DNA from: Chloroflexota bacterium
GTDB lineage: Bacteria > Chloroflexota > UBA11872
NCBI GenBank assembly: GCA_965263075.1
Contig: CBDHGI010000006.1
Location: forward strand, 402,929 to 466,928
DNA: 64,000 nucleotides
Reading direction: 5' to 3'
Position numbers and translations under genes: made by a program. A model generated the notes under the pieces. It saw only the letters and a program-made list of their open reading frames with translations, made no database searches and was not told the DNA's origin. Each line of letters starts with the position of its first letter. Positions within the stretch are counted from its first letter, which is position 1. Positions 10,196 through 19,700 of the stretch are shown here, piece after piece.

Positions 10196-10966
10196 CTATC
10201 CGCCGCGCGCCGCGCGAAGGTGCACGGCGCACTGGCGCAGGGCCTCGGCCGGATCGCCGCGCATGCTGCACTCCAGGGCCGTCGATCCGGTGTAGCCGAT
10301 GTCGCGAAGCGCGTCGTAGACCGCGGCGAAGTCAATTGAGCCCGTGCCGGGATGTGCCCGCTGGTTGTCCGCAAAGTGCACATGGCCGATCCAGTCGCCC
10401 GCCGCTCGGATGCTCGCGACCAGGTCGTCTTCCTCGATACTCATGTGGAAGACGTCGGCGAGAACTCTCACGCGTGGGCTTCCCACCCGCTTGGCGATAG
10501 CGATGCCGTCCGCGAGTGTGTTTATCAGGTGCATCTCATAACGATTCAGCGGCTCGACCGTTATCGTCACCCCCGCGGCCTCGGCATGCGGCGCCAGTTG
10601 GTCTAAGGCCCGCACGTAGCTGTCGGCCTCATCCTCTGCGAAAGTGTCGGAGGGCAGCGGGCCGCGCACCGGCACGGAAATCAGCGCGGTCACGCCCAGT
10701 TCGTGGCAGGCGTCGAGCGCACGTCGGGTCTGATCGATGCGTCGGCGCTGCGAATACTCGTCCGCCACCAGGTCCAGGCTCCGTCCAGCCGGACACATGC
10801 TCATGGCCGGAATCCCAGCCGCTTCGAGTGCGCTGCGGTATTCCGCCGCGCGATCAACCGCATCGCTGTGGAGTTCTACAGCCTCGTATCCCGCCGCGGC
10901 GAGGCAGGCGATCCGCTCCGCGACCGAGTCGCCGGGGGCCAGTCGAACCTGCGCGGATAGTTTCAT
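10196..10966 (-). CDS. Sugar phosphate isomerase/epimerase (xylose isomerase-like TIM barrel)
   Basis: 256 aa. AP-endonuclease-2/xylose-isomerase-like TIM-barrel pattern (VELHSD, HVHFAD). Its stop abuts the start of the kinase gene, consistent with an operon. Confidence 0.65.
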   Translation of the reverse strand: MKLSAQVRLAPGDSVAERIACLAAAGYEAVELHSDAVDRAAEYRSALEAAGIPAMSMCPAGRSLDLVADEYSQRRRIDQTRRALDACHELGVTALISVPVRGPLPSDTFAEDEADSYVRALDQLAPHAEAAGVTITVEPLNRYEMHLINTLADGIAIAKRVGSPRVRVLADVFHMSIEEDDLVASIRAAGDWIGHVHFADNQRAHPGTGSIDFAAVYDALRDIGYTGSTALECSMRGDPAEALRQCAVHLRAARGG

Positions 10967-11072
10967 CGTCGGGTCTCGCTTCTCCGGAGCGGCAGGGTAG
11001 CAGAGCTTGAATGCGTCCCTGCTATTATTTTCCTAGACCTTCAGTCAGCCAGAATCGGACGTACATCTCCTT

Positions 11073-11201
11073 ATGAATAAGCGTAAACGCGTGGCTTGGC
11101 GCAAGCACCGCCGTACCAAGAAACTCGTTCGGCTACGTCGCAAAGCTGAACGCGAAGCTAGCAGCCCGCCTGCCCGCCGACGGTCGCGTCAAAGCCCCTA
11201 G
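11073..11201 (+). CDS. Hypothetical 42-aa hyper-basic small protein (MNKRKRVAWRKHRRTKKLVRLRRKAEREASSPPARRRSRQSP)
   Basis: Not in the ORF track (<60 aa). ATG at 11073, stop at 11199-11201, 17 of 42 residues K/R. An unusually AT-rich segment (ctgctattattttcctagacc) precedes it in an otherwise GC-rich genome. No obvious Shine-Dalgarno. Confidence 0.25.
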   Translation: MNKRKRVAWRKHRRTKKLVRLRRKAEREASSPPARRRSRQSP

Positions 11202-11253
11202 CGGCCCGGCCGTCGAGCCGCCCGCCGTCCTGACGGCTCCCGCGTCCGCGGGC

Positions 11254-12522
11254 GTGCAGCGCACACTGTCGAACGGCATCAAGTTGTTCGCCACCCCTAT
11301 GCCGCACACGGCGGCTGTCAGCTTGCACGTTGCGTCCCGGGCCGGTTCGGGTAGCGAATCCGCCGAATGCGGCGGTGTTACTCACTTCGTTGAGCACATG
11401 TTGTTCCGGCAGCGCGCCCACGAGCCGGGCGCGTTTGCCAGCGCCATCGAGCGTCTCGGCGGCCAGATCAACGCCGCCACTGAACCGGAACTGACAGCCG
11501 TAGGCGCCAAGGTGCCCGCCGAAGCCTGGCCCGCGGCGCTCCAAGTGGTGGCGCGAATGGTGCGCGAGCCGGCCATGGATCCGGACGAGATCGAGAAGGA
11601 GCGCGCTGTCATCCTGGATGAGCTGGCGTTGCTGGAAGATCTGCCCGAAGAGTCCGCCCGTCGAGCGGTGCTGGCGAGCCTCTGGCCCGATCATCCCTTT
11701 GGGCGTGAGATCGCGGGCACCACGACGACCGTTCGTTCGCTGACCCGCGACGCGCTGCTTGCACGAGCTGAAGCAATGTTTGCCGGTCGTAACACCATCG
11801 TTAGCGTGGCGGGCGCGATCCGTCCTGTCGAGGCGCTGGACACGTTGACGCAAGCCTTCCAATCGTCCCCCACCGGCATCCGCGAGGCCTACCCGGACGT
11901 CCACCCCAACGGCCGCCAGCCGTCGAATGTTCAGATTGTCCGGCGTGAAGCCGAGCAAGCTTACTTTTCCATTGCGGGCTTCACGCCTGGCCGGACCAGT
12001 TCCGACCGCTACGCAATGGACCTGCTGGGTGCGGTGCTAGGCGCCGGGTTCGGCGCTCGGCTCGTTCTGGAGTTGCGCGAACGGCACGGACTGGCCTATG
12101 ACATCGGCGCCGATGTCGGGCACTGCGGCGACCAGGGCGTCCTCTCGATCGATGGAGCGACCGATCCGGACCTGCTGACGCAGGCGGTTGCCATCGTGCT
12201 GGGCGAGCTCTCGAATGTTGCCTCCCGTGGCGTGACGGCGGACGAGTTTGAGCGCGCTCGCGCCTATGCCGTTGGCGGCCTTGTGCGCTCGCTCGAGGAC
12301 TCCGCGGTTGTAGCGGCGTGGTATGCCCGCGAGCAGGCGCTGGAACCCTGCCCGCTCGCGCCGGACGAGTTGATCAGGCGTTTGCGCGCCTTGACTCACG
12401 ACGACGTCAACGCCGCTGCCCGCGCCTGCCTGACTCGGGACTGGCCGCTGATAGCTGTGGCCGGACCGTTAGACGGCAACGTCGATATCCCCAGCGAGTT
12501 GGCGCTGCATGGAGTTGGTTGA
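11254..12522 (+). CDS. M16 family zinc metallopeptidase (insulinase/pitrilysin-like)
   Basis: HFVEHMLF (HxxEH inverted zincin motif). 422 aa, GTG start. Its 3' end overlaps the downstream TPR gene by 14 nt. Confidence 0.8.
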   Translation: MQRTLSNGIKLFATPMPHTAAVSLHVASRAGSGSESAECGGVTHFVEHMLFRQRAHEPGAFASAIERLGGQINAATEPELTAVGAKVPAEAWPAALQVVARMVREPAMDPDEIEKERAVILDELALLEDLPEESARRAVLASLWPDHPFGREIAGTTTTVRSLTRDALLARAEAMFAGRNTIVSVAGAIRPVEALDTLTQAFQSSPTGIREAYPDVHPNGRQPSNVQIVRREAEQAYFSIAGFTPGRTSSDRYAMDLLGAVLGAGFGARLVLELRERHGLAYDIGADVGHCGDQGVLSIDGATDPDLLTQAVAIVLGELSNVASRGVTADEFERARAYAVGGLVRSLEDSAVVAAWYAREQALEPCPLAPDELIRRLRALTHDDVNAAARACLTRDWPLIAVAGPLDGNVDIPSELALHGVG

Positions 12523-13867
12523 CGTGCGTCCCAGCGAGGCCGCCGATTTGGCGCGTCAGGCGCTGGCTCAGGGCGACTCGACGCGCGCCCTGACAATCAC
12601 CGAGCGGCTGCTTGGCGAGTTCACTCGGTATCCGCCCGCACGGCTCGTGCGCGCGCTGCTAGCGGAACAAGCGAACAATACCGACGCCGCCCTGGACGAC
12701 TTGCGGGCGGTCACCTCCGCGGAACCCGCCAACGCCGAGGCCCGCGCCGCGCAGGCCCGTCTTTTCCAGCGCCGCGGCGACACGGACCGAGCTCGCATGG
12801 CCGCCCGACAGGCGCTGGAACTTATACCCACCGATCCGGATGTCCTGGAATCCGCGCTCGAAGTGCTAGATGTCAATGCCGTTGCACTTGACACCAGCAC
12901 CGCCGTGCTTGCGCGCGTCCATCTCAACTGCGGTTGGCCGGACCTGGCCGAGCGTCACGCGCGCGTGGCCGTGAGCGAAAGCCCGGAACGTGTGGACGTG
13001 CGCCTGACCTTGGCCGAAGCGCTTTGGCGGCTGGGTCGTCTCCCCGCTTGCGAGGCGGAATGCCGCGTGGTGGCCGATCAAGCCGAGGAATGCGTGCGCG
13101 CGGCCGTCATGCGCGCGCACATCCTCTCCGAACGGGGCCGCACGGCCGAGGGGCAGGAGTTGCTGGACCGGATTGGCCGCATCGATCCAGAGTTCCGAGA
13201 AGCTCGTGAACTCTTGGGCACCCTGGAAGTCCATCGCCTCGTGCTTCCGGCTGCGGCCGAAATCAGCCTGCCGCCGGATCTGCTTGGCCAGATTCACGGC
13301 GTCACGCCGTCTCCGGCCCAGCAATCCCGGCCGGATGAGACCCAGCCGACGCCTTTTATCTCGGATATCGCTACGGCGCCACGGGAAGCTCAACCAGACG
13401 ATGGCCTGGACGAGCCGGATGAATCGCCAGTCAGACAAGCCGAATCCGCCGCTTCGCCCCAGCAACTATCGCGCGACGAAGTTTCCGCGGAACCAGTTTC
13501 GCAAGAAGCTCCCGCACCGCCCGCCGACCAGGACGCGTCTATGCCAGCCGGCGCTGCGGCGCCTCCCATTGCGGAGTCAGACGAACCCGCAACGGCTGCA
13601 TCGTTTTCGACGTTTGACTGGGCGCGCCACCTGATCGAGCGGTCCGAGTGGACCGAAGCTGAGCGTGTATTAACCGACATCGTCACTGCCAACGACCCTG
13701 ACACCTCGCGCGTTGACGGCCTGCTGCTGCAAGCCGTGGCCCACCGGGAACTCCGCGGCTCGGCCTGGAAGTTACTGGGCGATCACTACATGCAGACGGG
13801 CCGTCCCCAGGCCGCCGCCGACGCCTATCTGCGGGCCGCAAACGTCGCAGGTCGATCGACTCAGTGA
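12509..13867 (+). CDS. TPR repeat-containing protein with an acidic Pro/Ala/Glu-rich central low-complexity region
   Basis: 452 aa. TPR-like helical repeats at the N- and C-termini (RLFQRRGDTDRARMAARQALEL; LLGDHYMQTGRPQAAADAYLRA). A disordered PDD/ESP-rich segment lies at residues ~260-360. Confidence 0.6.
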   Translation: MELVDVRPSEAADLARQALAQGDSTRALTITERLLGEFTRYPPARLVRALLAEQANNTDAALDDLRAVTSAEPANAEARAAQARLFQRRGDTDRARMAARQALELIPTDPDVLESALEVLDVNAVALDTSTAVLARVHLNCGWPDLAERHARVAVSESPERVDVRLTLAEALWRLGRLPACEAECRVVADQAEECVRAAVMRAHILSERGRTAEGQELLDRIGRIDPEFREARELLGTLEVHRLVLPAAAEISLPPDLLGQIHGVTPSPAQQSRPDETQPTPFISDIATAPREAQPDDGLDEPDESPVRQAESAASPQQLSRDEVSAEPVSQEAPAPPADQDASMPAGAAAPPIAESDEPATAASFSTFDWARHLIERSEWTEAERVLTDIVTANDPDTSRVDGLLLQAVAHRELRGSAWKLLGDHYMQTGRPQAAADAYLRAANVAGRSTQ

Positions 13868-14211
13868 CGCTGGCAGCCGGCCTGAACGCCGGAATCCGAC
13901 GCTTGCCGGGTGTCACAGGCACCGCGGTATGGAGGGCTGGCGACATTCCGTCCGGCGATCTGGGTGGACGCGGTGGACCGGTTGGTCCCGGCTTGCTCTC
14001 CGCCAGCATCGGCACGATGGAACAAGCCGTTGAGACGATGGGCCTGGGGGAGATTTCGGAGATTTGGTTCGTGACCGAGGACACCCAATGCCTGGCGGTT
14101 CGCTCGGGACAATGGCAGACCGTCGTGGTCGGCGGTCTTGACATGGACGTGGACAGCGTTCGCGACGGGCTGACCAGCCTGCTTGCGAAGAATGCCGAGA
14201 CCGACGCCTGA
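13864..14211 (+). CDS. Roadblock/LC7 domain protein (MglB-like)
   Basis: 115 aa, GTG start overlapping the TPR gene's TGA. Roadblock/LC7 pattern (GTAVWRAGDIPSGDL ... QCLAVRSGQWQTVVVGG). Confidence 0.6.
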   Translation: MTLAAGLNAGIRRLPGVTGTAVWRAGDIPSGDLGGRGGPVGPGLLSASIGTMEQAVETMGLGEISEIWFVTEDTQCLAVRSGQWQTVVVGGLDMDVDSVRDGLTSLLAKNAETDA

Positions 14212-14239
14212 CGACAGGCGTCCACAGAGAGGAAGCCGA

Positions 14240-14695
14240 ATGGAACGGACCCTAGTTCTGCTGAAGCCCGACGCCTTGCAGCGCTCGATCGCCATGCAGA
14301 TTCTGCAGCGCTTCGAACAGCGAGGCCTCAGGCTCGTCGGGCTAAAACTCGCGGCTGCCAGCGAAGAGCAGGCGAGCCAGCACTATGCGGAGCACGAGGG
14401 GAAGTTCTTCTTTGACGGCCTGGTTGCTCACCTGCAAAGCGGTCCGGTCGTGGCCGTCGTTCTTGAGGGCCCGGAGGCGATCTCCGTTGTGCGCGCGATG
14501 GTGGGCGCGACCCGCCCGCACGAGGCCGAGGCCGGCACGATCCGTGGCGACCTGGCGCTAGCCGGGTTGCGTAACCTGGTGCATGCCTCGGATTCGCCGG
14601 AGACTGCGACGCGCGAAATCGCGCATTGGTTTTCTCCGGACGAAGTGCTGAATTACGACCGTCCACTTGATCGCTGGATTCATGAATCCGACTGA
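14240..14695 (+). CDS. ndk: Nucleoside diphosphate kinase
   Basis: MERTLVLLKPDALQR ... the NLVHASDS active-site His region. The ATG at 14240 has GAGGAAG upstream. The ORF track starts earlier (14183) but the N-terminal extension is non-homologous. Confidence 0.9.
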   Translation: MERTLVLLKPDALQRSIAMQILQRFEQRGLRLVGLKLAAASEEQASQHYAEHEGKFFFDGLVAHLQSGPVVAVVLEGPEAISVVRAMVGATRPHEAEAGTIRGDLALAGLRNLVHASDSPETATREIAHWFSPDEVLNYDRPLDRWIHESD

Positions 14696-14740
14696 GCGCG
14701 CGCGCCTGTCCCGACCCACGGCCTTGACGGTGGCCGCCGA

Positions 14741-15871
14741 GTGAAGGTCCACGAACACGACGCCCGCGCGATCTTTCAACGCTATGGCTTGCCCGTCCCG
14801 GAGTCGCGTTTGGCCTCGTCCGCCGATGAAGCGGCCCAGGCAGCCGCCGCCTTCGCGGAGACAGTGGTCGTCAAGGCCCAAGTGCTGGCCGGCGGACGCG
14901 GCAAGGCCGGCGGCGTGAAGCTGGCGAATTCACCCAAGGAGGCCGGCGCGGTAGCCGGGCACATCCTGGGGCTGGAAATCGGCGGTGAGCAGGTGCGACG
15001 GGTGCTCGTCGCGCCCGCCGTCGAGATCGCCCGCGAGTTGTACCTGGGCGTTGTGATTGACCGCGCAGGGCAGTCGCTTGTGCTGATGGCCAGCGCCGAG
15101 GGTGGCGTCGAGATTGAGGAAGTTGCAGTCACGAACCCGTCGGCGATCATGCGGGTTAGCGTGGATCCATTAGCCGGCCTGCCCGACTGGGAGGCCCGGC
15201 AGCTCGGCTTCGAGCTTGGGCTGACCAGTAGCCAGGTCCGACAGTTCGTGGGCGTGGCGCAGGGGTTGATCGAGGCGTTCCTGGCTGTGGACGCGTCCTT
15301 GGCGGAAGTCAACCCGCTTGTCGTGGACGAGGCCGGCAATCTGCAAGCGATCGACGCCAAATTGAATATCGACGACAACGCGCTGGCCCGTCAGGCCGAG
15401 ATTGCGCAACTGCGCGACCCGCACGAGGAGAGCGAGGCTGAGCGGCGCGCGCGCGCCGCCGGGCTGAGCTACATCAAGCTGGACGGCACGATCGGCTGCA
15501 TGGTCAACGGCGCAGGACTCGCCATGGCCACCATGGACGTGATCAAGCACTACGGCGGGGAACCGGCCAACTTCCTCGATGTCGGCGGTGGAGCCGGCGT
15601 GGAGAAAATCACGACAGCATTCGAGATCATCCTGGAAGACCCGAACGTGCGTGCGGTCCTGGTCAACATCTTTGCCGGCATCACCCTCGCCGACGATGTG
15701 GCCGCCGGGGTGATTGCCGCGCGCGCGCGCCTTACGCAGGACATTCCGCTGGTCGTTCGAGTCGCGGGCACCCGCGAGGCCGAAGCGTTAGAACTCCTGG
15801 AACAGGCCGGCATCGGCGCGCAGCGTTCGATGGACACGGCCGCCGCACACGTCGTCGAGGCGGCCCGATGA
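14741..15871 (+). CDS. sucC: Succinate--CoA ligase [ADP-forming] beta subunit
   Basis: GTG start. [20 protein letters not shown] ... [17 protein letters not shown] (ATP-grasp), followed by the CoA-ligase domain. Confidence 0.9.
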   Translation: MKVHEHDARAIFQRYGLPVPESRLASSADEAAQAAAAFAETVVVKAQVLAGGRGKAGGVKLANSPKEAGAVAGHILGLEIGGEQVRRVLVAPAVEIARELYLGVVIDRAGQSLVLMASAEGGVEIEEVAVTNPSAIMRVSVDPLAGLPDWEARQLGFELGLTSSQVRQFVGVAQGLIEAFLAVDASLAEVNPLVVDEAGNLQAIDAKLNIDDNALARQAEIAQLRDPHEESEAERRARAAGLSYIKLDGTIGCMVNGAGLAMATMDVIKHYGGEPANFLDVGGGAGVEKITTAFEIILEDPNVRAVLVNIFAGITLADDVAAGVIAARARLTQDIPLVVRVAGTREAEALELLEQAGIGAQRSMDTAAAHVVEAAR

Positions 15872-16749
15872 GCATCCTGCTCGACGGGTCGACCCGCCTG
15901 CTGGTGCAGGGAATGACCGGCAGCCAGGGATCGTTCCACACCCGGCTCATGCGCGAGGCGGGTACTAACGTCGTAGCCGGCGTCACTCCTGGCCGTGTCG
16001 GGGCGCGGGTTGCGGGCCTGGAGAACGTGCCCGTATTCAACACGGTGGCCGAGGCCGTCAGCGAAACCCGTGCCAACGCCGCCTGCATCTTTGTGCCAGC
16101 GGCCTTTGCCGCCGACGCCATCCTGGAAGACGCCGCTGCCGGTCTGGACGTGATCGTCTGCCTGACCGAAGGCATCCCCGTCCTGGACATGCTGCGGGTG
16201 ATGCCGCGTGTGCGCGCGGCCGGCTCGCACCTCATCGGACCGAACTGTCCCGGCGTGACCACGCCCGGTGACGGTGTGAAGGTCGGCGTGATGCCGTGGA
16301 GCGTGCACTCGCCAGGGTCGGTCGGCGTCGTGAGTCGCAGCGGCACCCTGACCTATGAAGTCGTACAGCACCTGACCGATCTGGGCGCTGGGCAGAGCAC
16401 GACTGTCGGAATCGGCGGCGACCCCATCATCGGTACGCGCTTCACTGACGTTCTGGAAATGTTTGAGGCGGACCCCGAGACCAATGGAGTAGTCTTGTTG
16501 GGCGAGATTGGCGGTGACGACGAAGAACGAGCGGCCACGTATATTCGCGAACGAATGACGAAGCCCGTCACGTCGTTCATTGCTGGTAAGACCGCGCCCC
16601 CCGAACGACGGATGGGGCATGCGGGGGCCATAGTGTCCGGGTCGTCCGGCGCTGCGTCCGCCAAGGAAGCTGCGCTACGGGCCGCAGGTGTGCTGGTTGG
16701 AGAAACTCCGGGGCACGCCGCCCGCCTGTTGGTGGAACGGTTGCAATAG
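15868..16749 (+). CDS. sucD: Succinate--CoA ligase alpha subunit
   Basis: SRSGTLTYE and the phospho-His region ([13 protein letters not shown]). Overlaps the sucC stop by 4 nt. Confidence 0.9.
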   Translation: MSILLDGSTRLLVQGMTGSQGSFHTRLMREAGTNVVAGVTPGRVGARVAGLENVPVFNTVAEAVSETRANAACIFVPAAFAADAILEDAAAGLDVIVCLTEGIPVLDMLRVMPRVRAAGSHLIGPNCPGVTTPGDGVKVGVMPWSVHSPGSVGVVSRSGTLTYEVVQHLTDLGAGQSTTVGIGGDPIIGTRFTDVLEMFEADPETNGVVLLGEIGGDDEERAATYIRERMTKPVTSFIAGKTAPPERRMGHAGAIVSGSSGAASAKEAALRAAGVLVGETPGHAARLLVERLQ

Positions 16750-16857
16750 GTAGGAGGACGCTGAGCTGGTGATAATGGAAGCGATGACAAAAGCTCTGGG
16801 GATGATGCACACACGCGCCCCTGCGACCTGCCGTGACCGGCGCCTGGTGCCCACGCG

Positions 16858-18717
16858 ATGAAGCAGAACGCCCTCTCGTGGATGATTGGCGGCCCCGCCC
16901 TTACCGGCGGCGTTAACAGATCAGCCGAAATCTTCGCTAAGGCCTGCGCCCGGGCTGGTCTCTACGTGTTCTCGAACATCGAGTACCACTCGAACATCAT
17001 GGGCCGCCACATTTCCTACCGGGTCCGGACCAGCGACACGCCTGTCCATTCCCACGTGGAGCAGGTTGATCTGCTGCTGGCGCTTGATGCCGAGACCTTG
17101 TTCGGTACCCCTGCTTACCAGGACTACCAGCGTCACGGCGGCCACCTGCACCGTCTGGCGCCGGACGGAGTCGTGATCCTGGACGCCAACGCCAAGATCG
17201 ACCGTGACGCCATCGAGCGTGACGACATTCACGTCGTCGCGCTTGCCTACGACGAGGTTGTCAGGGAGTCGGTTGAGGAGCTCGGCGTCGCCTACAACGC
17301 CCGTCGCCACAGCGTGATGCGCAACATGGTCCCGATTGGCGCCAGCTGCGCCCTGCTGGACTTTGACGTCAGCCACGTACTCAACCTGGTGGCAGAAGTT
17401 CTTCCTGCGCACCGCCAGGACATGGTGGAGATGAACCGCCACGTTCTGCAGCACGCCGCGGATCAGGCACGGCAGACTTACGCCAAGGAAGAGTTCCACG
17501 TCACACTGCGCCCGCGTCAGGAGCGGAACGGCAAGATGCTGATTAAGGGCGTCGACGCCGTGGGGATCGCGAAAATCCACGCCGGCTGCGGCTTCCAGAC
17601 CTACTACCCCATTGCCCCGGCCTCCGACGAAAGCGTGATGCTGGAGCGGCGCCAGAGCGAATACCCCATCGTCGTGCTGCAGGCCGAAGATGAGATCGCC
17701 TCCATGAACATGGCGGTCGGCGCGGCCCATGCGGGTTTGCGTGCGTCCACGTCAACTGCGGGCCCCGGTTTCATCCTCATGGCCGAGGGCATTGGATTCG
17801 CCTCCATTACCGAGGCCCCCGGCCCCGTCGTGGTGCTCTGGCAGCGCGGCGGGCCCAGCACCGGCTTGCCGACCCGACAGTCCCAGCAAGATCTGCGCTT
17901 CGCTTTGCAGCCGGCGCATGGCGAGTTTCCCCATATCGTCGTCGCGCCGGGCGACGCCCGCGAAGCCGCGCGCATCACGCACATGGCCTTCAACTGGGGA
18001 GACCGCTATCAGATGCCGGTGGTCGTGCTGGCGGACAAATTCATCGCCAACTCCCTCCTCACGTTGGACGACTTGGGCCTTGACGACCTGCCGGTTGACC
18101 GCGGTGAGTTCTGGACGTTAGAGATGAACGGCTCGGAACCCTATCGCCGCCACCGCCTCACCGAGTCCGGCATCAGTCCCCGCGCAACCTTTGGAACCCC
18201 GGGTGGGCAGTTCGTGACGACCAGCGACGAGCACACCGAGCGCGGCCGCATCGACGAGCAGATCGAAAACCGCATGGCGCAAATGGACAAGCGCATGCAG
18301 AAGCTGGACCTGGCCGCCAGCGAAATCCCCGCCGAATGGCAATACGAACTCGCCGGTCCGGACGACGCCGATGTAACGATTGTCGGCTGGGGATCGACCC
18401 GCGGGCCGATTCTGGACGCGCTCCCGGTGCTGGAGTCTGAGCACGGCATCACCGCCAACTTCCTGCAGATCCGGCTCTTGCGGCCATTCCCGGCCACGGT
18501 GGTGCGGGAGACGCTGAGTCGCGCCAAGCGCGCCGTATTGGTGGAAGAAAATTACATGGGCCAGTTGGGAATGCTGATCGCGGAGCAGACCGGAATAAAG
18601 CTTGAACGCATGGCGCTGAAGTACGACGGGCGCCCGTTCTCGCAGGATGAAGTCGTTGAAGCGGTATGCGAGCACAGCGCGGCCGATATTGGCCGGCTGG
18701 TGCTCTCGCATCCTTAG
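16858..18717 (+). CDS. korA: 2-oxoacid:ferredoxin oxidoreductase alpha subunit (2-oxoglutarate type, KorA; fused gamma-alpha domains)
   Basis: 619 aa. The N-terminal gamma-like domain followed by an alpha domain matches the architecture of actinobacterial/Chloroflexi KorA. Immediately upstream of the TPP-binding beta subunit. Confidence 0.8.
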   Translation: MKQNALSWMIGGPALTGGVNRSAEIFAKACARAGLYVFSNIEYHSNIMGRHISYRVRTSDTPVHSHVEQVDLLLALDAETLFGTPAYQDYQRHGGHLHRLAPDGVVILDANAKIDRDAIERDDIHVVALAYDEVVRESVEELGVAYNARRHSVMRNMVPIGASCALLDFDVSHVLNLVAEVLPAHRQDMVEMNRHVLQHAADQARQTYAKEEFHVTLRPRQERNGKMLIKGVDAVGIAKIHAGCGFQTYYPIAPASDESVMLERRQSEYPIVVLQAEDEIASMNMAVGAAHAGLRASTSTAGPGFILMAEGIGFASITEAPGPVVVLWQRGGPSTGLPTRQSQQDLRFALQPAHGEFPHIVVAPGDAREAARITHMAFNWGDRYQMPVVVLADKFIANSLLTLDDLGLDDLPVDRGEFWTLEMNGSEPYRRHRLTESGISPRATFGTPGGQFVTTSDEHTERGRIDEQIENRMAQMDKRMQKLDLAASEIPAEWQYELAGPDDADVTIVGWGSTRGPILDALPVLESEHGITANFLQIRLLRPFPATVVRETLSRAKRAVLVEENYMGQLGMLIAEQTGIKLERMALKYDGRPFSQDEVVEAVCEHSAADIGRLVLSHP

Positions 18718-18734
18718 GAAGGGCACGGACTGAC

Positions 18735-19682
18735 GTGGCAATTGCCGAAGCCGAACGACTGACGGCCAAGACCTTCGGGGTTGACGACTCGCATCCGGAC
18801 TGGTGCGGCGGCTGCGGTGATTTCGGGATCCTCAGCGCCGTCAAGCAGGCGCTGGCCCAGTTGGGCCGCCCGCCGCATGAAGTCGCCGTCATCTCCGGCA
18901 TCGGCTGCGCCGGCAAGCTCCCCCACTACATCAACGCCTACGGCCTGCACAGCCTGCACGGGCGCGCGCTCAACGTCGCCACCGGCGTCAAGCTTGCCAA
19001 CCAGAACCTTGAAGTCCTCGTAGCCGGCGGCGACGGCGATGGCTATGGCATCGGCGCGGGCTACTTCGTCAACTCGGGCCGCCGCAACCTCAACATCGCC
19101 TATCTCGTCCACAACAACGGCGTCTACGGTCTCACCAAAGGCCAGGCCGCTCCCACGATGCGCCGCGGCCAGAAGACCAAGGGCATGGCCGAAGCGGCTA
19201 TCCAGGAGAGCGTCAATCCCATCGGCCTGGCTATCGCATCTGGCTACACCTTCATCGCCCGCGGCTACGCCATGGCCCAGCCGGACCTCGTGAGCCTGAT
19301 CGTGCAAGCGATGCAGCACCGCGGAACCGCCCTGATCGACATCCTGCAACCCTGCCCGATCTACAACGACCTGATGACCATTGACTTCTTCCGCGGTCGG
19401 GACGTTGGCCACAACCGCATCTACCGGCTTGCCGACGAGGGTTTCGAAGGGCGTGTGCAGGACCCGAGCAATCCGGACGAGATCATTGCCAAGCAGCAGG
19501 CCGCGATCGCCAAGTCCTTCGAATGGGGGGACCGCATTCCCACCGGCGTGCTCTACCAGGTGGACACCCCGACCTATGAGGACGAACTGGCCGGCCGCCT
19601 ACCCGAACTGGCAACCACCAGCCTGGTGGACCTGGCAACCCCCGGCCGGGACGTCAGCCGCCTTCAGGACGCCTACCGCTAG
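18735..19682 (+). CDS. korB: 2-oxoacid:ferredoxin oxidoreductase beta subunit (TPP-binding, KorB)
   Basis: GVDDSHPDWCGGCGDFGIL ... GGDGDGYGIGAGYF TPP-binding motif. Likely GTG start at 18735 preceded by AGGAAGG. The ORF track shows a longer form overlapping korA. Confidence 0.85.
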   Translation: MAIAEAERLTAKTFGVDDSHPDWCGGCGDFGILSAVKQALAQLGRPPHEVAVISGIGCAGKLPHYINAYGLHSLHGRALNVATGVKLANQNLEVLVAGGDGDGYGIGAGYFVNSGRRNLNIAYLVHNNGVYGLTKGQAAPTMRRGQKTKGMAEAAIQESVNPIGLAIASGYTFIARGYAMAQPDLVSLIVQAMQHRGTALIDILQPCPIYNDLMTIDFFRGRDVGHNRIYRLADEGFEGRVQDPSNPDEIIAKQQAAIAKSFEWGDRIPTGVLYQVDTPTYEDELAGRLPELATTSLVDLATPGRDVSRLQDAYR

Positions 19683-19700
19683 GAGCTTTCCGCCAGCGGC

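Noticed and set aside
14183-14239. 19-codon N-terminal extension of ndk (MRRMPRPTPDDRRPQRGSR)
   Set aside because: Ndk homology and a good RBS begin at the ATG at 14240.
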